Below are positions 18,729 to 26,400 of a stretch of DNA of 64,000 bases, in pieces (position 1 is the stretch's first letter; every line of letters begins with the position of its first letter). A program made the translations under genes and the position numbers. The stretch lies in the IMG/VR virus record IMGVR_UViG_3300043185_000079; one strand, given 5' to 3'. Under the pieces are notes generated by a model that worked only from the letters and a program-made list of their open reading frames with translations, was not told where the DNA came from and did no database searches. This stretch comes from a virus.

Positions 18729-20672
18729 ATGCCGGCTGAGGGCACGAAGAACGCCATCGCTGGGTCGGCAAGCCCCTCGTCTCTCAAGAAGAACGACGAC
18801 GAGGTCGTGGTGGGCACGGTCGAGCAGCGAAGAGGACGGCCCGAACGCGTGGGCGTGGACACCATGAGAACGGCATCGGCCGGGAACGCTCAGGTGGCCG
18901 AGGATAGTCGTCGAGGGGTTCAAGTTGGAAAACCTTCCCGTGTTGTCACGGGAACCATGCGTGGCCGGGCTGGTCCTCCCAGCTTCCGTGACAAGGTAGC
19001 GGCGGCATGTGGCCCTGGATCGGGGAGTTTCGGTGGCCTTGGCGGCGCTGGGGGCGTTGTCGGCGGGGGAGGAGGGAGCGGCGGGGGAGGAGGGTTCTCT
19101 GGCAACTTCGGACCGGGCAGTGTCGCGCAGGCCAGTTCGGGCAACTTCTACAGTCCCGAACTCAGCACGGACTTCCTGGAGCTTCCACAGTCTCTCAACG
19201 AACAGTGGAACTACTACAGGTTTTTCTACAACAACGAGCCGTTCGTCGGACAGGCTATCGATCTACACACGGAGCTGCCGCTGTCGAAGGTCCGGCTGGC
19301 TCGCCCGAGGGCTCAGACCCGCGAACTCGCCGATCAGGCTCTCCGGTTTTGCGAGAAGTGGATCAACCGGATCGGACTCCTGCAGCGGCTTATTGAGATT
19401 GTTCACGAGTACTACCTGATCGGCGAGGTGTTCATCTTCTGCGAGGACGCGAACCCGGACATGCCGCAGGAGGTCCGACAGAAGGTGGTGCGCGAGGTCA
19501 AGCCCGACGGCTCCCTGGTCGAGACATGGGTGGACTACGATGACGCCGACGCGCGAGCGGTGCGGTGGATGAAGAAGAACTACAGGGGCTGGACGGCCAT
19601 CCGCGTGCTGCCACCAGAGCAAGTCCACATCGAGACATTCCCCTTCACGAGCCAGGCTCTCATCGAGCTAATTCCTGACGCCAAGACGAGGCATGTCATT
19701 AACATGGCGGACCAGGGCGACGAAAGGGCCTGGCGCATTGTCGAATCCATGGACTCCGCCGTCGTGGATGCCGTGCGCGGTGGCGCGAACATCCCCCTGA
19801 GCACCGATCCGGACGGGGGCTCTTTTGTCCACTACATGGCGAACAAGAAGTCCCAGTATGAGCCCAGGGGCCACAGTATCCTGCAGCGATGTTTGAGGGT
19901 CTTGGTATTTTCTGACAAACTGAGACAGGCTCAGACTCAAATTGCTTCGCGGCACATGACCCCGATCCGTCTCGTCTACGCTGAGGACATGGACGAGACG
20001 GACACGGAGGCGCTGCGCGACCAGATTGATCTCGCCTTGCAGGACCCCGACTACTCGATCGTGACCAACTTCCAGGTCACGTGGGAGGAGATGAACAGTA
20101 ACGGCCGTTTGCTTGAGCTGTCCTCAGAGTACGACCTCATCAACCGCCAGCTCTACGCGGGTCTCGGCGTCACCGAGGCGCTCCTCAACGGCGAGTCGAG
20201 CTATTCCGGCGACCGCATCAACCTGGAAGTCATCAACACGAGGTACATGCTCCTCCGCGAGAACATCCAGAACCTCGTGGAGGAGAACTTCTTCAAGCCC
20301 ATGTGTCGACGCATGGGGTTCGTCGAGGAGGATGAGGACGGCAACCTGGAAGTCATCTACCCTCGCCTGTCCTTCACGCGGCTCGCTCTCCGGGACAACC
20401 AGGACACCTTCGACGCGCTGTTCCAGCTCTACCAGAAGGGCTCGCTGGACGTGGAGACCATCCTGGATCTACTGAACATCGACCCCGTGACCGTGCGCGA
20501 GCGCCTGGAGCGGGATTTTGCGACGTATAACGACGCGAACTTCAACGAGGTTCTTCGGTCGATGTACGGACGAGTCGGTGACCAGATCGTGGAGGGGTCG
20601 GACCTGGTGGAGAGGATCGCCAAGACCCTCGGGCTCGAGTACAAGAAGCCCGAGCAGGCTGGCCGTTTCTAG
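18729..20672 (+). CDS. portal protein with Gly-rich N-terminal extension
   Basis: FYNNEPFVGQAIDLHTELP, PRGHSILQRCL, GLGVTEALLNGE, PRLSF portal-like segments; downstream of TerL. Confidence 0.8.
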   Translation: MPAEGTKNAIAGSASPSSLKKNDDEVVVGTVEQRRGRPERVGVDTMRTASAGNAQVAEDSRRGVQVGKPSRVVTGTMRGRAGPPSFRDKVAAACGPGSGSFGGLGGAGGVVGGGGGSGGGGGFSGNFGPGSVAQASSGNFYSPELSTDFLELPQSLNEQWNYYRFFYNNEPFVGQAIDLHTELPLSKVRLARPRAQTRELADQALRFCEKWINRIGLLQRLIEIVHEYYLIGEVFIFCEDANPDMPQEVRQKVVREVKPDGSLVETWVDYDDADARAVRWMKKNYRGWTAIRVLPPEQVHIETFPFTSQALIELIPDAKTRHVINMADQGDERAWRIVESMDSAVVDAVRGGANIPLSTDPDGGSFVHYMANKKSQYEPRGHSILQRCLRVLVFSDKLRQAQTQIASRHMTPIRLVYAEDMDETDTEALRDQIDLALQDPDYSIVTNFQVTWEEMNSNGRLLELSSEYDLINRQLYAGLGVTEALLNGESSYSGDRINLEVINTRYMLLRENIQNLVEENFFKPMCRRMGFVEEDEDGNLEVIYPRLSFTRLALRDNQDTFDALFQLYQKGSLDVETILDLLNIDPVTVRERLERDFATYNDANFNEVLRSMYGRVGDQIVEGSDLVERIAKTLGLEYKKPEQAGRF

Positions 20673-20679
20673 CTCACAG

Positions 20680-20694
20680 CGCTACTCGTTCTAT
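20680..20694 (+). promoter_or_regulatory. CGGT-N8-TAT motif variant
   Basis: CGCTACTCGTTCTAT followed by CCG, 21 nt before ATG 20715. Confidence 0.45.
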
Positions 20695-20714
20695 CCGATA
20701 CCGTGGGAGAGACC

Positions 20715-22784
20715 ATGGTGCTCCCATCGATCGATCTCCCGACTCGCGAGAGTATCGGACATCCTGCGGACACCCCGGCCAGGGTCGGAATTCTCGTCCA
20801 CATGGCTCGACCCTCCAGGCGCCGCGAGTACAGCATGTCTCGGTGCATGGGGGAGGGTTGCAAGCGGTCCCCTGAGATCGAGTGCATCTGGGCCGACGGT
20901 CGTGGCCGCGCCTGGTTCTGTGAGCGACACTTCGACGCCTGGGCTGCGAAAGACACGGACGGAGGACTCCCGAAGGCTATCGTCAAGCAGCGCAGGGTTC
21001 CTGACGGTGTGGTGGGCGAAAAGTACGGCGAGTATCCCGAAGCCAAGACGGCTGCGGGGGCCCAGTTCATCGTCGTGTCCGCGAAGGGCCCTGGACAGTG
21101 GCCTACCGACCCCGTCCAAGTCATGTCCCGGGAAAGGGCCCTCGACTACCAGTCCGCGGGTGTCGTGATAGCCGGGTTTCGCACGGAGCGCGAGGCTGAG
21201 GAATTCGCAGACAAGATGCGTGACGCTGCTATCGACGTGACGGCGCCCGACGGGACGATCGTGTTCTCCGGGCGTCTCCTCGACTTCTCCGATCTGGCTC
21301 CGCGCCTCGGACTCAGGTTCGTCGACCGAGGGCGGCTTTTGCAGATCCTGCACCGTCCCACGACGGTGATCGGATCCGGCAGGCGCCAGATGACGGTCAC
21401 GCGCCGCGCGGGCAAGACCGCCAAGGCCACCGGATGCAAGACAGGCGACGGTCACAGCGTTGGGCTGTTCATCCCGCTCCCGCGAGATTTGGCCAAGAAG
21501 TTCCCTTCGCTGGGCGAGAATGACGACTCACCCTCCCATGTGACATTCCTGTACATCGGAGATTTCAAGGGAAAACGGAAGCAGGAGCGGCTCGTCGCCG
21601 TCCTACGAAGCTGCTTGCGTCGTTGGTGGCCCTCCTGTCGGGCGACACTCGGAGACTTGGCCTACTTCGATCACCACGACAAGGATCGCCGCGTGCCTCA
21701 CGTCCAGGTCGACTTCGACAAGGACATGAGTGGATTCAAGCACCGGCTGCGACAGGAACTTCACGAGGCCGGCATTGATGTTGGCGACACGTTCCCCGAG
21801 TACAAGCCCCACGTCACACTCGCTTACATGCCGGGCATGGATAGCGAGTGGGAAGGCCCTGTTCCGAAGGGGTCGTGGGACTTCGACACAGTCGAGATCT
21901 GGGGACTTCCGGAGGTCCACAAGATCAAGCTGGGGCCGTCGATTCACAAGATCTCGGAGGAGTGGGTTCTCCAAGTGATTGCTCGTCGTGTCGCGATGAA
22001 GCATTATGCTGCCGGTTGGCCGGACCGCGGCAGAGTAGCATCGGTATCCGTGAACGCGACGCACAGGCGCAACGTCACCCTCGTCAAGTGGCTATCCGAC
22101 TTGGCGCAACATCTCGGCGTCGCAAGGGACACGTACGTCGTGGGTGGGGCCGTGCGAAATTTCATCCTCGGCGAGCCCATCAAGGACGTGGATGTCGTCA
22201 TCGACACCATCAAGGCCGGCAGGGATTCTGAATGGCTGGCGCAGCAGGTGGCCAAGGCGATCCCGGTCCCGACCAACGTGACAACGAACCAGTACGGAGT
22301 GGCCATTCTCACCGTCAAGGGCGACTGGGTCCTCGACGACGAGAACCTCCGCGGCGAGATCATCGAAATCGCCAACGCGCGCAAGGAGAGCTACGGAGGC
22401 GAGACGGGCAAGGGTTATAAGCCGCACATGGTAGAGCCCGCCACCATCGAGGAGGACCTCAGGCGAAGGGATTTCACGGTTAATACGCTGATGTGGAGGT
22501 TGCTCGACTTGGCACACGGACCCGACCGGGCCGAGGTCGTCGATCTGATGGGATGTGGTCGGCGAGATCTTGAGCAGCGAATACTTCGATGCCCGCAGGA
22601 TCCAGATATCACTTTTTCGGATGATCCGACAAGGATGCTACGTCTGGTGCGGTTCATGTCCAGATACAACATGAAAGTATCTCCCGACGTAGCGGCAGCA
22701 GTGCGTCGCAACGCGCCCAAGCTCAAGAATGCTCCTTGGGAGGCCATCGCTTCGGTCCTGATGCAGACTCTGGAGGGACGGTAG
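20715..22784 (+). CDS. polyprotein: Cys/His module + 2H phosphoesterase + CCA-adding/poly(A) polymerase head
   Basis: Two HxT motifs (SHVTF, PHVTL); YVVGGAVR..KDVD, RRRDFTVN and FSDDPTRMLR; domains separated by KTA/RVA motifs. Confidence 0.85.
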   Translation: MVLPSIDLPTRESIGHPADTPARVGILVHMARPSRRREYSMSRCMGEGCKRSPEIECIWADGRGRAWFCERHFDAWAAKDTDGGLPKAIVKQRRVPDGVVGEKYGEYPEAKTAAGAQFIVVSAKGPGQWPTDPVQVMSRERALDYQSAGVVIAGFRTEREAEEFADKMRDAAIDVTAPDGTIVFSGRLLDFSDLAPRLGLRFVDRGRLLQILHRPTTVIGSGRRQMTVTRRAGKTAKATGCKTGDGHSVGLFIPLPRDLAKKFPSLGENDDSPSHVTFLYIGDFKGKRKQERLVAVLRSCLRRWWPSCRATLGDLAYFDHHDKDRRVPHVQVDFDKDMSGFKHRLRQELHEAGIDVGDTFPEYKPHVTLAYMPGMDSEWEGPVPKGSWDFDTVEIWGLPEVHKIKLGPSIHKISEEWVLQVIARRVAMKHYAAGWPDRGRVASVSVNATHRRNVTLVKWLSDLAQHLGVARDTYVVGGAVRNFILGEPIKDVDVVIDTIKAGRDSEWLAQQVAKAIPVPTNVTTNQYGVAILTVKGDWVLDDENLRGEIIEIANARKESYGGETGKGYKPHMVEPATIEEDLRRRDFTVNTLMWRLLDLAHGPDRAEVVDLMGCGRRDLEQRILRCPQDPDITFSDDPTRMLRLVRFMSRYNMKVSPDVAAAVRRNAPKLKNAPWEAIASVLMQTLEGR

Positions 22785-22835
22785 GCGTGGCGGGCAATTT
22801 CGCGAGATTCAATGAGATGTTCGGCTGCAGAGTCT

Positions 22836-23276
22836 ATGGCTGACCCAAGGAAAGCACTCAAGGAGATGAAGGCACTGGGTCTGCTGGACGTGGTGTCTGA
22901 GATGATCCGGGAACAGAAGCCGTTCGCTACCTACATGGCCAACCAGCTCAGAGCCGACAGGCGCGTCCAGCTCCTTCTCGACATGATGGACCTTGGCGTC
23001 CCGGCCAGTATGCCCCTGTCCTTCCTCGACGCGGCCGGACGACAGCGCCTGCGCGAGCTGACCGTATCGATGTCTGAGGACGAGGCGTCGAGGCTCGTCG
23101 ATCTCCTGATTAAGCCGCCCGTGGACAGCATGCGCGTCATCACAGAGCTTGCCCTGGAGGGGCCGGCGCGGGCCGGGATCCTGCCCGCAGCCAGGCAGCT
23201 GATTCTCGCGCACCCGTGGCTGGCTAACGATTCCCGCCGGCTGACGGAGGAGGTGATCCGGCAGTGGACCAAATGA
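22836..23276 (+). CDS. C-terminal body of the CCA-adding enzyme, in frame after a TAG
   Basis: DPRKALKEMKALGLLD continues the tRNA nucleotidyltransferase fold; same frame as 20715..22784. Confidence 0.65.
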   Translation: MADPRKALKEMKALGLLDVVSEMIREQKPFATYMANQLRADRRVQLLLDMMDLGVPASMPLSFLDAAGRQRLRELTVSMSEDEASRLVDLLIKPPVDSMRVITELALEGPARAGILPAARQLILAHPWLANDSRRLTEEVIRQWTK

Positions 23277-23425
23277 TCACCCGTGTCGCCGCCCGACATG
23301 CCGTGCTCCGTTCGGCAACGGGTTACTTCCGCGAGGGCGAGGACATCCTGTTCGATCGCTACAACAAGGCCGGAAGAGGAACCGGACGATGGGCCTCTTC
23401 AACATCTGGAAGTTGTCTGAGGTGA
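23273..23425 (+). CDS. 50-aa leader ORF (MITRVAARHAVLRSATGYF...), possibly a frameshifted N-terminus of the 1678-aa polyprotein
   Basis: ATGA coupling; begins with the RVAARH motif then RSA; overlaps the next ORF in the -1 frame. Confidence 0.5.
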   Translation: MITRVAARHAVLRSATGYFREGEDILFDRYNKAGRGTGRWASSTSGSCLR

Positions 23426-26400
23426 GAGGCCTGCCTCCAAAAACCGGACGTGGAGTCGCGTTTCATGGTACGCGGTCGAAGAATCTCGATCACCTGCGGC
23501 GTTATGGGCTCGTGCCTGGAGCACGCAGTGCGTACACGGACGCCTATAGTAAGTACGACGACGGGCGTCATCTGTTCTTCACAGACAATGAGGACTTGGC
23601 GCGCCATTACGGAGACCTGATTCTGCGATTCCCTTGGCCAAGCGAAGCCAAGCCTGATGTTAACGAATTCGGACGCTATCTTCCTGGACAGTTCGTCTCC
23701 TTGCGGAAAATCCCGCCAGACGAGATCGATGTTTTGCGTGAGGGTACTTGGGAACCTCTCGTTGGAGGCTTGTCGAAGCAGGCCTGCATCATCGTCGGCA
23801 AGGACTTCGACGGCCACCTCTGTCTCCTCAAGAACCGGGATCGGTCGTACGACGTCAAGCTCCAGATCATGCACATGGAGTTCAACGGCGTCGAGATGGC
23901 GTTCGTACTCGATCTCGAGACCGGCTACCTGGAAGGGGTCAACGAGCACGGGATCGGCGTTGTCAACACGACGCTCATGGTGCTTCATGATGAGGCAGAA
24001 GGGCACTCGACCAAAACCAAGGGCAAGACGACGCTCAAGTCGAAGGATGGCCCGAAGATCTTCCACGCCCTCATACAGGACAATCTCCAAGACGCGGTCG
24101 ATGTTCTCGTGAGTTTCCGGGGAGGGATCCGCGGCCACACGTTCGTGGCCGACGGACAGACGCTGCTCAGTATTGAGTGCACTCGAAAGAACCCGGCCCG
24201 GGTACATCATCTCGATCCGGGGAGGGTCAACACGAGGACCAACCATGGCGTCTCATATCCCGAGGCTGGGTACACGCGCGGCGAGGACTATGTCTCGTCC
24301 ATCGTCCGTCGATGGGAGGCGCAGAAGCGGATTCAAGGGGTGAAGCGGCCAGAGGCCGCTGCTCCGGCCCTCGCAACGCTGATCGACGAGGCCGACAGCC
24401 CGTTCAATCCTGTCCGAGTGACTGACAAGATGCGGACGACGAGCCAGCTCCTCATCGATACGAGCACTCCGTCTCTCTACCTCTACCTTATTCCAGGTCA
24501 CGCGCGCGTCACCAAGATTCTCAATCTCCTTCCCGGAGGCAGAGCACCGAAGATTCCCGTCCGGGTGTTTCGCTACCGCAAGCGGATGGAAGACCGAGAC
24601 TTTGAGGACGACGGCCATGAGATGAAGGATGAAGTGGCAGATCCAGGAGGTGACTTGCTGGAGAAACGAACTGCTCGCTATAAGGACAAGAAGACGGTCA
24701 AGACCAAAGACGGCGACGAGCGAGTCATCTACGAGTACGGCCCGCGACAGGTCCTCAACCGCAACAAGGCCAAGGCGGAGCGTATCGAGAATCTGCGCAA
24801 GCAGATGTCGGCTCTCCGTCGGAAGGTCAAGAAGGACCTGGAGTCGTCCGACGACCAGAAACGCGCTGTTGCTCTCGCCGTCGCGCTGATGGACGAAACC
24901 TATGAGCGGCCCGGCAACGAAGCCAGTGCCAGCGAGGGTCACTACGGCGTGACGACGTGGCAGAACCGGCACGTCAAGTTCCGCAACGGAAAGGCCACGA
25001 TCACATACGTCGGGAAGTCTGGAGTCGAGCACAAGAAGGTCGTCGAGACACCGGCAGTCGTGAAGGCTCTCAAGATGCTCTGCAAGGGCCGAGGGAAGGA
25101 TGATCGCCTCATCGACGTCGAGGCGGCTGACGTCAACGAGTTCCTACGCTCGTTCGAGATTACGGCCAAGGACATCCGAGGGTTCCACGCGAACCGCGAG
25201 ATGAAGGACCGTCTCAAGAGGATCCGCCGTGAGGGGCCGGATCTCCCGCGGCCCCTCAAAGATCGAGACAAGATCCTGAAAGAGGAGTTCAAGCAGGCGC
25301 TGGCCGAAACCGCTGAGGCCGTAGGCCATACCGAATCCACGCTGCGCAGCCAGTACCTCGTCCCCGGGCTCGAGGACGAGTACATGAAGGACGGCACCGT
25401 CAGCGACAGCCACGTGAAGTCCGGGGGGGCGGCCCTTCTAGGCGCTCCTGGGGTCCAGGAGCGCCCAGAAGGCGCGCTGAGGGTCGCCGCCACCCGAGGC
25501 ACACCGACGGAGCGGAGGATCCTGGCGAACGCCCTGCTTGCCCCGGTGCTCGTAGTGCGCGATCGCCGCTGGTGGCTCGACGAGGCGCCGTCCCTCTACC
25601 GCCTGGCCCGTGACCACGAGCGGCCTAGACCTGTCATCGACGGTCTCCGGTTCGACCCCGACCTGTTCGCGATGCTCTGGTACGAGGACGAGGACGGGAA
25701 CAGGTTGCCCGAACCGCCCATTGGGGACCTCGCAATTCCGGAGGACTCCCATACACAGCATTCGAGGTTCCCCAACGTGCTGCGGCACACCATCCTGTTG
25801 CTTAATGACGACGGGACGTCGTCGAGCCTCGCGGCTGGGGAAAGTTCCTTTCCCTCTGATCTCGTGACGCAGATGGTTCGCAGCGGCGACTGGGACACCG
25901 CAGACGCAATCATGGTTGCCGGCCAGGCCTGCGAGCGATGCCTCAACGTCCTGCTCCACCATTACGGGATCGGGGATGGCTACCCGTTCGGGTCCGAGGA
26001 CTATTGGCGGGCGAACACAGTCTGTTCGATGTGCGAGGACATCGGCCGTCGAATGGCGACGAAGTCTCCCGCCGAGAAGGAGGATGAGAACGTCGAGAAG
26101 ATGCTACGGCCGGAACCGAAGAAGAAGCCTCCGCGCTACGACCTCCGCAACAACAGAACGCTGGAGGACCGGGACGAGGACCTGGAGGGTATGGGCGCAG
26201 GAGATCGTGGGGATCGAGACTTGAGTCTCAAGTGGAACAAGGTCGCTCATCGGGTGGCGTTCCGGTGGCTGGCCGTTCCCCTCGCGCCCGCTCCTCTGCG
26301 TGTGGCAATGCGGCGCATCGCCAGGCAGTTCCCCTCCGAGTTCCAGGACGAGGTGGCACACCAGCGGTTCACGCATCCAGAGACGCGCAACTCAGTCGGG

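Noticed and set aside
22782-22784. Genome-wide amber (TAG) recoding as the explanation of the in-frame stop
   Set aside because: TAG cleanly ends many genes, including TerL, portal, MCP and RtcB, with the next gene or a terminator following
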